Shown: piece after piece, positions 1 through 12,003 of the stretch
Layout of the letters: every line of letters starts with the position of its first letter
Numbering within the stretch: the first letter of the stretch is position 1
Program-made: the position numbers and the translations under genes
Notes under the pieces: generated by a model
What the model saw: the letters and a program-made list of their open reading frames with translations, nothing else
Told to the model about the DNA's origin: nothing
Database searches by the model: none
NCBI RefSeq assembly: GCF_009914755.1
Contig: NC_060932.1
Source: the human T2T-CHM13v2.0 reference genome, Homo sapiens
DNA: 64,000 nt
Strand: one strand, 5' to 3'

Positions 1-881
1 TCACAGTTTCTGTGGGTCAGGAATCTGGGTGGAGCTTAGCTGGGTCCTCTGGTTCCAGGGCTCTCATGATAGCTGCAGCTAAGATGTTGGCTGGTTATTC
101 GCTAGAGAAGGATTCACTTCCAAGCTCACTAATGTGGCTGTTGGAAAGATCCAATTCCTTTTGGATTATAATATGGAGGCGAGGACTTCAGTTCCAGGCT
201 GGCTGTTGGGCGGAGGTCTCCTCCTTTCCTTGTGCAGTGGGCATCTTCATATCTATGGAGGGCAGCTCACAGTATGGCAGACTGCATGAGTTAAAGGCAA
301 GTGAGGGAGTGTGAACAAGATGGAAAGCATAATCCTTCATGACTTTGATATGGTTTGGCTGTGTGTCCCCACCCAAATCTTACCTTGTAGCTCCCATAAT
401 TCCCATGTTTTGTGAGAGGGATCCAGTGGGAGATGCCTGAATCATGGGGGCAGGTCTTCCCCATGCTGTTCTTGTGATAGTGAATGGGTGTCATGAGATC
501 TGATGGTTTTTAAAAACAGGAGTTTCCCTGCACAAGCTCTTTTTTTGCCTGCTGCCATCCACGTAAGATGTGACTTGCTCCTCCTTGTCTTCCACCATGA
601 TTGTGAGGCCTCCCCAGCCACATGGAACTGTGAGTACAATTAAATCTCTCTCTCTCTCTTTTCTTTTTGTAAATGTCACAGTCTTGGGTACGTCTCTATC
701 AGCAGCATGAAAACAGACTAATACAGACTTGATTTCGGAAATGACATCTCATAACTTTTGCCCTGTTCTGTTTGTTAGAAACAAGTCACCAGGCCAACAG
801 TCAACAGGAGGGAATTACACAAGGGCATGAATACCAGGATGCCAGGATCACTGGAGACCGCTTTAGAGACTGCCTCCCACA
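1..881 (-). mobile_element. MLT1-type MaLR LTR (old), interrupted by THE1 at 346-725
   Basis: MLT1-like text (tcacagtttctgtgggtcaggaatctggg...; agggcatgaataccagga...tgcctcccaca) resumes after the THE1 insertion. Confidence 0.75.
346..725 (+). mobile_element. THE1 (A/B-like) solo LTR
   Basis: TGATATGGTTTGGCTGTG...AACAGACTAATACA termini; perfect 5-bp TSD GACTT at 341-345 and 726-730. Confidence 0.95.
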
Positions 882-1469
882 GGGCATAATAATAGCTACC
901 TTAAAGGGTTGTTGTGGGGATAAAACATGACAATATATATGAAAACAGCAGCTTTGAATATTCCAAAGCACTAGGTAAACATCAGTTATTTTTGTATTAT
1001 GAATCATCTATTACATACAATATTAATGATGCTGTTTAACTTTTTAGTAATAAATACAACTATTGGCAGAGAAGACAAATTATAGCCCATCAGAGCTACC
1101 TAGACTTCAGAAACCACCTACTACAACCCCCTCATTTTGCAAATGGTGAAATGGTGCACTCAGAATCATTCGGAGAGTGAGTGCCAGAATTGTAAACAGA
1201 AGGCAAGTGTTCCCATTACTTTTTTGTATCTGCAAAACCTAAAAATGTACGCTTTGTCCAGTACTCTTTCCACTTTATCATGTTGTCTTTAGGTAGGGTA
1301 TTAAAAAGAAACAAAATAGACACACAATTTCTTATGAGGAAAGGGTCTTTAGGGTACTTCTTGACACTTTTCCTAGGTGATGATGTAAGTTTAAATAAAT
1401 AGAGACCACCTGTTAAATCCGTGCATGCTGACGGGGCTGGGATTCATCAAGCTGGCAATGGTGGGATAG

Positions 1470-1610
1470 TATGTGGGGCTCAACCTTCACTGCACGTCAG
1501 AATCACCTGTGAAGCTTCAGAGGTTCTGAGTTCATTGGTTTAGGATACAGCTTGGGCACTGGGAGTTTTACAATTTCCTCAGGTGGCTCCAATGTGCAGC
1601 CAACAAGTAA
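1470..1610. mobile_element. MER5-type hAT-Charlie MITE fragment
   Basis: ctgcacgtcagaatcacctg...ctcaggtggctccaatgtgcagcc. Confidence 0.65.
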
Positions 1611-1697
1611 GAGGACCAGTGGGATCATCTTTATTCAGCTGGAGGAATACTCACTGATCACAGCCATCAATTCTTCTTTGGAGGCAGAATAAGAGCC

Positions 1698-1879
1698 ACC
1701 GTTTGTTTTTGTAACCGATGTTTTATGGGGATGCAGGCATGCTCATTCAGTTACTAATGTCTGTGGCTGCTTTTGTGCCCCAATGGCAGAGCGGAACAAT
1801 TGTGATTGGCACTGATGGTTCGCAAAACCTAGAAATGTATGATTTGTTTCTGTACAGAAAAAAAATGTGCTGACCCCTG
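1698..1879. mobile_element. MER58A hAT MITE (partial)
   Basis: tttgtttttgtaa...tgtctgtggctgctttt...acagaaaaaaaatgtgctgacccctg terminus. Confidence 0.75.
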
Positions 1880-1984
1880 AGTTAGGAGATGAAACAGTGG
1901 GAGCTGTGTGCATGGCTCAGAAGAGTCACTTGGTGTTGGATAAAAACTTGGGAACCATTTCTAGAGTGGTGAGAGTGTAAGCCA

Positions 1985-2330
1985 AGTCAAGCCCTGAACA
2001 GATTTGACATTCCAGTGGGGAGAGAGTGGGAGGCAGCAGCACAAGCACAGAGTTGTGGGAAAGATGGAAGCAAGGTCAGGAGAGGAACCAAGAGAAACAG
2101 CAACATTTCAGGTGAGGGTGGAAAAGGATCATCAAAAAGACAGAGTGAGAGAGCGTGGTCAGAGAGGTGGCAGATGACCCCGGAGAGAGTGACATCATGA
2201 AGCCAAGGGAAGTAAGGACTGTGGTTGTCGCAGGAGAGATGGTGCCCAGCAGGGCCTGGCATAGCAGAGGCCAAGGAGGGAAGGGCCTGAGGAGGGGCTG
2301 AAAAATTTGGCCACTGAGAGGTGATCATTG
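1985..2330 (-). mobile_element. L2 LINE fragment
   Basis: purine-rich L2 antisense text (gtggtcagagaggtggcag...gaagccaagggaag). Confidence 0.6.
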
Positions 2331-3299
2331 CACCTTAAAGATATACAATAAAAACCAAATACATTAATCAAAAGAGCGAGAGAGAATAAAGATGAAAGAG
2401 AAAAAGTAAAATAAAAAATATAGTGACTGTCTAAAATCTTTGCTATATAAGCAAAATAGCAATAGAAAATTTTCAGAAAGGAAAAAACTTATTTGCACAA
2501 AAGTGAAATAAAAAGAAGGTCATTGGATTTATCAGAAAAGAGCATGACCCTAATTTTCAAATAACTGGGCTGCTACTTTCATAAATCATTTTTGGGGGAA
2601 GGGGGTATTATTTATATTTTCTGATGCAATCCCCCAGATTGAAACCTTGTCATCTTCTTGTTTTTTTCCCTTTGTCTTATCTCTGCTGTCTTTCTCTGGG
2701 TCCATAGATACGCATGTGCACCTAATTATACATATCACATGTGTTGACTTAAAAAAGTGATTTCATATTTGCAGTTGTTTCTGAAGGAGACAGGTGTCTG
2801 CATGACTAATCTAATTCTGCAGAAATCACTTGCTACAGAGCAATTGACCCAATGCCAGTTGATTCAGGCACCATCTCTCATAGCTTCCTCACCTTCCCTC
2901 CTTTCCTCTCTTGATAGTTTTATAACCCTTGTTCTGAGGCTGCCTTGTGAGGTGACCTTGGGTGAATAACCTGTTTCTCCCTGGGCCTATTTGCTACCTG
3001 GAAGTTCAGGCAGCAGAGTGCAGACCCACAGGCCAGGGGACTAATGAGGAAGAAAAAGTGACTGGTGCTTGTGTGGCCCAGGGCAAGCCCATTAAGGATG
3101 GCAGCTCCATAAGCGGCACAGTCATGGAGAGTTCAGCCAGACTCTTGAGAATGATGGAAAAGGGTAGTATGACTGGGACTACCTTGGAAAACCTGGTAGG
3201 CATGGCTATCATTGTGTTAATGGAAAAGAGGAATGTGTTAAAGTAGGTCTGATTTCCCTGCATGTATAAGTGGCTATTCTATTTGAGCAAAGCTATTGG

Positions 3300-3480
3300 T
3301 TATTACTAATATTACCCCTTACTGAGTACTTATTGTGTAACATGCTCTGTACTGGAGCTTTACACATTTGATCTCATTTAATCCTCGTGACAACCCTGGG
3401 AGGCCAGAGACTGAGGTTAAATCAGTCGCTGGAGGTCACTGGCTAGGAAGTGGTGGAGTTGGGATTTGAAGCCAGTTCTG
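3300..3480 (-). mobile_element. MIR SINE
   Basis: atctcatttaatcctcgtgacaaccctg...gggatttgaagccag. Confidence 0.8.
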
Positions 3481-3609
3481 CCCGTGTTGTTTTGATCATG
3501 ACTCCACAGTGTCTTGCATAAGGGCAGGGACATCCATATTCACCACTGTATCCATAACGCCTTGCACCGTGCTTGTATATCATAGGAACTCAATGAATAA
3601 GGTATTGAT

Positions 3610-4100
3610 TAACTGCTATATTAACTATAAAACGATGCTGTAGAAAAAAGCAATCCTTCAAAATTTCAGTGGCATTACAATAGCATATGTTTATTTTTCC
3701 CACTTGTGGGTCTGCGGATTGGCTGTACTTCAGCTGATCTAGCTTTGCCTTGGCCAGGCAGGCTCGACTCAGGCCTCTAGTTGAATTTCTTTCTCTTTCT
3801 ATGTCTTTATTCTGAGCTTAAGCTGAAGGAGCAGGGGCTGCCCGGGACATTATCATCTTATGGTAGATTAAAGAAGTGCAAGAGGTAAAGGTAAAGCAAA
3901 ATCATGCAGAGACATTAAAGGCCCTGGTCCAATCAAATCGGCTATTATTTCATTTCCCAAAGCTCTTCGCACCACCAGGCCCATCATCAATAGGCCAGGG
4001 AGATACATTCCACCGACTGTAGTGGGAGGTATTGCAAGCCCCAGGGAAAGTGTTTGTAGAATTCTATAACAGGGAGCATAGAAAACCAAAGCCAACTCTT
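3610..4100 (-). mobile_element. MLT1 (K/L-like) LTR
   Basis: aaatttcagtggc...gtttattttt, gctgaaggagcagg, aggcccatcatcaataggccaggga. Confidence 0.55.
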
Positions 4101-4531
4101 CACACTCACTCTCAGTTGGGATTAATTCATCTGTGAATAAAGGTAAAACTCCAGGAACAGTGACTTACACAGTATGGGAATTTCTCTCTCATGTTAGTCT
4201 GGATATAGGTAGTTCAGGTCAGGCAGGGCATCTCTGATCTGTGAAATCCCTAGGTACCCAGGTTCTTTCTATCTTGTTGCTCTGCCTGGCATGCCTGGTC
4301 CCCTCATGGGGCAAAGTGGTGTTCCAGCCAGCACCTCCATGCATCACACAGCAGATGGAAGAAGGAGTAGGGACTCGAGTCAGCTGCCTCTTAGAGCAGC
4401 AGTCCCCAACATTTTTGGCATCAGGCACTGGTTTTGTGGAAGACAATTTTTCCATGGATTGGGGAAGGGGATGGTTTTGAATGATTCAAGCACATTATGT
4501 TTATTGTCCACTTTATTTCTATTATTGTTAC

Positions 4532-4900
4532 TATATTAGTCTGTTTTCATGCTGCTAATAAAGACATACCTGAGACTGGGTAATTTATACAAGAAAGAGG
4601 TTTAATGGACTTAAAGTTCCACATGGCTGGGGAGGCCTCACAATCATGGCAGAAGGGATAGAGGAGCAAGTCATGTCTTAGATGGATGGCAGCGGGCAAA
4701 GTGAGAGCTTGTGCAGGGAAACTCCCCCTTATAAAACCATCAGATCTCATGAGACGTATTCACTATCACAAGAACAGCATGAGAAAGACCCGCCCCCATG
4801 ACTCAATTACTTCCCACTGGATCCCTTCCATAACACCTGGGAATTGTGGGAGCTATAATTCAAGATGAGATTTGGGTGGGGATACAGCCAAATCATATCA
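4532..4900 (-). mobile_element. THE1 (B-like) solo LTR
   Basis: tattagtctgttttcatgctgct...agccaaatcatatca; 5-bp TSD GTTAC at 4527-4531 and 4901-4905. Confidence 0.95.
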
Positions 4901-5008
4901 GTTACATTGTAATACATATTGAAATAATTATACAACTCACCAAACTGTAGAATCAGTGGGAGCCCCGAGCTTGTCTTCTTGCAACTAGATGGCCCTATCT
5001 GGGGGTGA

Positions 5009-5359
<351 letters not shown>

Positions 5360-5864
5360 TAGATTCTCACAAGGAGCATGCAATCTAGATCCCTCACATG
5401 TGCAGTTCACAATAGAGTTCGTGCTCCTACGAGAATCTAATGCCACCGATGATCTGACAGGAGGCGGAGCTCAGGCAATAATGTGAGTGATGGGGAGTGG
5501 CTATAAATACAGATGAAGCTTCTCTCCTTTTCTCTGCCACTCACCTCCTGCTGTGCAGCCTGGTTCCTAACAAGCCACAGATTGGTATTGGTCTGTGGCC
5601 TGGGGTTGGGGACCCCTGTCTTAGAGAAGGTTCTTGAAGGTTGCTATGTGCACCACTGCTAGTATCTTTCTGGCCAGAATTTAGTTTCAAGCCATACCCA
5701 CCTATAAGGGAAGTCTGGGGAATGTAGTCTTTATTTCAAATGAGCATGTGACCAGCCATAATTTCCAGTTTTATTAAGGAAGGAGAGAATGGACATTGGG
5801 CTGTGTCAATCTCTGCCACCCCACTCTGTTGGTTATTAGACATGTGGATGCAGGAAAGGGTGAG

Positions 5865-6045
5865 ATGTGGTGCCACAGGCATAAACTCTGAGGTCAAGCA
5901 GATCTGGCCCCAAACATGCCTCTTCATACAGCCACGTGGCCTTGTGCAAGCCACCTAATCTTATTAAGCCTCAGTTTCCTCAGTTGTAAAAAGAGGGAAA
6001 ATGATCCAATTTCAATGAGTTATTATAAGAATTAAACAACTTAAG
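5865..6045 (+). mobile_element. MIR SINE
   Basis: core aagcctcagtttcctcagttgtaaaa. Confidence 0.75.
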
Positions 6046-7130
6046 ACATGGCATATCAGGGTTAATATGTTACTCCAGGAGATTACCATCTAGAGGGGAA
6101 GATGTATGTGTTAATAGGTAGTGATGAAAAAAAATATCCTCTTGTTATCCCCACTACTTGTTCTTAACATCCATGGAACTTCATTACTGATATATGACAG
6201 ACTGATAACATCATTGGCCAAAAAACCATGATATCTTTCTTACCTCAGTTTTATCATCTGACAAATGGGTATAATAAGAATAGCTCCCTTATTGGGTGTT
6301 ATGAGGATGATGTGACCTCCTGCATATAAAATATTCATAGTCTTACCTGCTGTATGGCAAATGCCTTCAGGTAATGCTACTTGTTATGACAATCTGGTTT
6401 TCTCATGCCCTGAGCAGGACCTGGCGTGTGCTAGGTGTTCAATAAGTGTTCTTCAGTTGAAGGACAATTAAATGAGAAAATGGTTCTAACTTAAACAAAA
6501 AGTTTATTCAAACAAGAAAAAAAGCCCTCAAAGCAAAAGCAACCCAAGACCAAGTAACCGTCTTGATGCACTATGTGGGTTTTAAGTTCTAGAGACCAAA
6601 GCCAAGCTGAAGGTTTCATTGATGACAGGCATCTCAGACCACAACAATCCAGCCTGGCCTCTGTATACCTTAGAGGTCTCTTAAAGTTCCTCTATACCCC
6701 TTTGCTTCTCTATAACCCAGGGGAGGGGAAATTATTATTCTCATTTTACAGGTAAGAAAACTGAGGCTCAGGGAATCAGGACTGGACCCAAGATCACAAA
6801 ACTAACAAGTAGTCTGTATGGACGTGCTGACTCTCAGTCCTGTGCTCTCCCCATTAGACCAGAAAGACCATCTGGTTGGTCCTAATACTTTTACAGCCTG
6901 GAGGACCAGCAGGGTTAAGTGACTTCCCCAAGGCCACATAACAAATGGGCAGAGCAGGTGAACCCTCTGACTTGTCTCCAAAGGAAGTGTGGGCTGTTTG
7001 CTGTAAACAGTGCCTCCAGGGAATCACTTCTCAGCACCCAGCTCCTTGATGGCAGAGGCTTAGGCCTGAAAGCTTGCTTTGCTTGGAAACAGCCCAAGCC
7101 TGGCCAACAGAAGGACATGGGAACATCTTT

Positions 7131-7328
7131 TTTTTTTTTTTAAATTATACTTTAAGTTCTAGGGTACATGTGCACAATGTGCAGGTTTGTTACATATGTA
7201 TACATGTGCCATGTTGGTGTGCTGCACCCATTAACTCATCATTTACATTAGGTATATCTCCTAATGCTATCCCTACCCCCTTCCCCCAACCCCACGACAA
7301 GCCCCGGTGTGTGATGTTCCCCTTCCTG
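7131..7328 (-). mobile_element. 5'-truncated L1PA (PA4/PA5-like) 3' end
   Basis: poly-T then ttatactttaagttctagggtacatgtgcac...; ~18-bp TSD GGACA(TG/CA)GGAACATCTTT. Confidence 0.95.
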
Positions 7329-7667
7329 GGACACAGGAACATCTTTGATGACAGCTATGATTCTGTCAAGATGGCAGGAGATGCTTTGATCAGGATTGTG
7401 GTGTGGAAGTCTGTTTCCTCTGGAAAGAGTCATGAGAAAGAGAAAGACAGGAATCATGGGGTAGACAATGAAGCTTGAATTTGAATCCACATCTGTTTGA
7501 CTCCATAAGACAAAGGTGTGGAATGGCATCCAGGCTGAGTCTGAAATGTGAAGTGAACATTTCCTCCTTGTCTATCTCTATTATCACCCCATCTGTCTCT
7601 TGGGACTCTGTGTCTGGTGGTACAGTTTGAATATTGCACAAAGGCACCTGGATACTATGAGCATCCC

Positions 7668-7896
7668 GATAATCCCAGCACCTTGGGAGGCTGAGGCAGG
7701 CAGATCACTTGAGCCTGGGAGCTCAAGACCAGCCTGGTTAACATGGCAAACACTGTCTCTATAAAAAATGTAAAAATTAGCCAGACATGGTGGCATGTGC
7801 CTGTAGTCCCAGCTACTCAGAGGGTGAGGTTTGAGGATACTTTGAGCCCAGGAGGTCAAGGCTGCAGTGAGCTGTGATTGTGCCACTGCACTCCAG
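7668..7896 (+). mobile_element. AluJ (partial)
   Basis: gagcccaggaggtcaaggctgcagtgagctgtgatt J-type right arm; both ends truncated. Confidence 0.9.
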
Positions 7897-8114
7897 TGAA
7901 GATTTTAGTACCGTGTATTGTGTATTGAAGCCAGGAGGATGTCTATTTATCCTTCTGTTTATTCATTAGCAAATACCTATCAGAATTCTTAGCATGCATA
8001 GGGCACTGTACTAGGGGATGGGCATAATGCAAGGACTAAAACAGACCTAGTTATTGGCCTCACTAGAGTCCACAACTTAGCGCTCTAGTCTTTCTCTAAG
8101 AAGTCGTGAATGTG

Positions 8115-8420
8115 TTCATCATCCATCCATCCATCCATTGTCCACACACTCATTTAATTGACTCACATATTCATGCATTATTTTTTTCACGTGCTCAATC
8201 ATGTACCCATTTAATAATTTTGTTACTCTTTCCTCCTCTCATTTATTCATTCATTTAGTCACTTAGAAGTTTATTCTTTTACAAACTCATTTGTTTACTA
8301 ACTCTGATTCATACTTTTCTATTTATTCACTCACTAAATTGATCCATTTAATCACATGCTAATTCATTTACGCTTTCTCTCACTCTTAAAAATCATTTAG
8401 TCATCAAACATTTACTAAGC
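8115..8420. repeat. (CATC)n and degenerate TCAT-rich low-complexity tract (L2-tail-like)
   Basis: catccatccatccatcc followed by repeated tcattcat/tcattta units. Confidence 0.7.
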
Positions 8421-10939
8421 CTATTCTGTATTCTAGGGGACCTAGATGCAGTCGTCTTCAAGTTCCATAGGAGGGCTGTGGCTGACCTTGTCTCGTCTGA
8501 TAAACCACTGAAGAAGAATGCTGTGTATCTATCTAGTGGGGCCTTCTAGGGAACTACGGGGGGCAAGGGCAAGTTCATTGGCCTGTCATTACTGTTTCCT
8601 AATCTAGGGAGCCTCTCAGGTGAGGAAACACGTTTTCCCACAAGATGTCACCTGTGGCCACCTCCCAAGAAGTGGTCAGCTGGGAGAAGCTTTCAGCTTT
8701 CTGTATCTTTCTTCCCTTCCCCCTCAGAAAAGACTCCCCTGAAGCGATTGGTCTTCTCTGGCTCGGGCCAGGGGCTGAGGAGTGACGCTGGGTGGAGGCA
8801 ACACCCAGGGAGATAGGAAGCCTGTTCTGTGGGGCTTATCTCAGGACTGTGAGGCAACTGAAGACAGAAGCCATGAGAGGAGAAGTTTGGTAATCTCATC
8901 TGCAATTGTTGTTTTTGTACTTATCTAAGGATGGGGGTGGGGATGGAAGGGTGGGAATGGGTTTGAGTTGCAGCCAAAGGAATTTAGATTAGACACCTGA
9001 AAGAACTTTCCAACATACAACGCTGTAAGGCCAAAAGGAGATAGTACAGTTGCCTTTTATCTGGATCCATAGTATAATACTTAAGTTTAGGTGTTCAATA
9101 AGTACTGAACACACAAGACTGGGAGTCTGGAGAGTTGGGCCAAAAGCTCTTATTTGTCCTTCATTCCCACTGGGGACATTTCTCCTCTTTATTTCACTCT
9201 CTGAGCCTCTGTGTCCTTGTCAGCCTTGTAGGGCTGCGATGAGAATTAAATGAGACAATATGTGAATGTGACCAGTCCAGTCAATGCCTAGCACATAGTA
9301 CATGCTTAAGAAATACCTATGTCATCTGGATTCTGGAAATCCTGTACACCATGGTAGTCCAATAAAAATATACCCAATGAATCATTAACATGATTTAATT
9401 TATAAGGGGCACAAAAGGTTCATTAATGTTAGTTAACAGTAGGTTTTGGAGTCAGATAGACCTGGGCCTTATTTACAGCTGCATTTGGGGTTGGGAGTGG
9501 AATAGAGAGGAAGAAGAGGAAATGGATGGGAAGAGTTGATGAAAAGTCAGGAGAACCCAGCCCACTGATAGGAGAGGTTTGGGAGAAAGAAATAGCTACA
9601 GAAGGGTATGTGTTCAAATTTTGCTCTTTGCAAAGAACATGCTGGTTACTAAGAGAGATCAGAGCAGGTACAAGGAGTTCAGTGTGGAGACTCTGGCAGT
9701 GGTCCAGGTGTGATGTCTAAAGCAAGGGACTGTGGTCAAGGGTGAGCTCAAGGTGAGTGGGTCTTAGCTGCCTTAGCTCCTTGTGGAGGGCAAGTGAAGA
9801 AGGTATTGGCAAGAACATTAGAAATTGTTCTAGGTGCTCTCCTACAATGTTATGACCAGGATGCACTCTGCACTCCTTTTGATGAGGAGTTTGGTATCAC
9901 ATCCAAGGCCTTACCTGTCTCCGTTCTCTTTGATCTAGTAATTTCACTGGAAGCCAGTTCAAGGAGATTATCTAAACTGTGGAGAAAGGTTTTTTGTCAG
10001 TCAAGGGCTCTTTATTAAGCACTTACTATGTGCCAGGCTCTGAGGGTACATCGGGGAGTGTTAGAGAAACACAAGTGGGAGAGATTTTGAAGGGCTGCTG
10101 AGATCATTCATGTAGTCAGGCAATCAAAAAATATTTACTGAGCACCTGTTATGTGTCTGCCATCATTCAAGGCTCTGGGTTTTCAACAAGGACCAAGACA
10201 GATGAGGATTTCAGAACCGTGGACAAGTGAGGGTTAGCAGGTCAGCAAAGTCAGAATGTTTATGCCAATGCAGCAGGCTTCTCTGATCCCCCAAATTACG
10301 CTCGGTCCTTCTCATATATGCTCTTTCCCACCCCCATATTCACACAGATGAGGACCTCAACTTCTTTTCTCGATTTCCATTAAAAGCCTTTACTCAAGGT
10401 TATTGTATGCGTAGCAAATTTTATGAAAGGTTTATGGATATGGAGGGAGTTACATGATGAGAATGCAAATACATTGATTTTGAGTTGGTTAAATGTCATT
10501 GTTTTCGAGATTCTCCAACTGCCCAACAAGTAGCTTGGCTGCCATCTTCCCCCGACTTTCTGCATCTCTGCTTCCTTCCCAAACCGTCTTCCTCAGTGGC
10601 AGTGGGGTTCCAGTCATTTGCAGTTGTAAATAGTATTTCCCCCTTGGTCACACTTTAATCACTTGTCCGAAGTCTATTATTTCAGCTACATTGTAAGCTC
10701 CTTGAAGCACCTAGATCAGGGCCTCGCTCATAATAGGCATTTCAAAAATAGTTATTCAGTGAATAAATGAACAGATGAATGAGACATCCTTCAGATCCCT
10801 ATAAGAAAATTGTACTACCTGCATCTTTGCAAGAAAAAAAGTGAGTTAATTTTTTTCAGTATGATGACACATTGGATTCTGAATTACAGAATTAAATCTA
10901 AATATCTGAATTTGATATTTGCCCTTTTGTCTCCTCTAC

Positions 10940-11425
10940 ATGGCACAGCAAAATGGGAGACAACACGGGCTTTCAAATCAGATGTTGATTTGGCTGTTGG
11001 CCCTTGTGCTGTGTATCCTTGGGCAAGGATTTATTTCTCGTAAGCCTCAGTTCCCTTATCTGTATAATGGGCACATTACCAGCACAAATGGTGTCGTGGT
11101 TAAGCGTAGACTCTAGTACTCAACTTCTGAATTCAAATCCCAGTTTTCCACTGACTGTGTTAATCTTGTGCAAGTAGCTTATCGTCGTCATCTTCATCTG
11201 CAAAACAGGAATATTATTTACTTTATAGGGCCACTGGGAAGATTAAATGAGTTAATATATACAAGGTACTTAAACAGTGTCTGGCAAAAAGTAAGCATGA
11301 CATAAGGTTAGCTCATGTTATTATCTACCTCAGACAGCAGATGGAATAAGATAACATATATAGGGTGTGTACTTAGCACAGTCCCTGGGATGTTTTAGCT
11401 GTTCAATACCTGTTAGCTGTCACTA
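10940..11425 (+). mobile_element. MIR nested within MIR
   Basis: outer MIR core at ~11040; near-complete inner MIR ~11085-11322 (gtggttaagcgtagactct...); outer 3' half resumes afterwards. Confidence 0.65.
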
Positions 11426-11430
11426 TTATG

Positions 11431-12003
11431 CCATATATTATCAAGTTAAATGCACATTCATTTTCTATCATCTCTGAAAATGGGATACATCTAATAGTCA
11501 CTTTTGGGAAGGAGGCATTCTTGATGTAGTTTTCATTGTCTGTACAATTAATCTGGCAGAATGATGTCAGTAGCTTGGAAGAAAACCCCAAGACAAGAGC
11601 AAGAGCAAAACACTCTGTGAAGAAGTACTGCATCCTTCCTGTGATCATCCCTGGGTCCAGATGGCTCAGAGGGTGGCATTGTGGGGAAAACGTTGCACAT
11701 AGACAGCTCTGAGTCAAAAAGTGACTCAGAGGAGCTGGATTCTGAATGTGACTAAGTTTTAGGAATACCTTAAACAACTTACCTCATTTCTATTTTCCTT
11801 TTCATGCATGCATGAAGCTGATATAGAGTAAAAACCCGTTCTAAATAAAACTAAAAAAGCTTTCAGTAAGTGCGAAATACACATTCTGTGTAATCAAAAT
11901 CCATGTGTCATAATTGGGTAGGTAACATGTTTTTCTTTCTTAGAGGTATGTAAAATAATGCTGCATCTTACAATCACCAGCATCTTAGACGGATGAATTA
12001 TGG
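11431..12003. mobile_element. TcMar-Tc2 (Kanga/MER104-like) DNA transposon remnant
   Basis: left end ccatatattatc...atctctgaaaatgggatacatc; right end catcttacaatc...catcttagacggatgaattatgg; imperfect TIRs. Confidence 0.6.

Noticed and set aside
11085-11160. tRNA-like A/B-box sequence
   Set aside because: It is the tRNA-derived head of a MIR SINE, not a tRNA gene.
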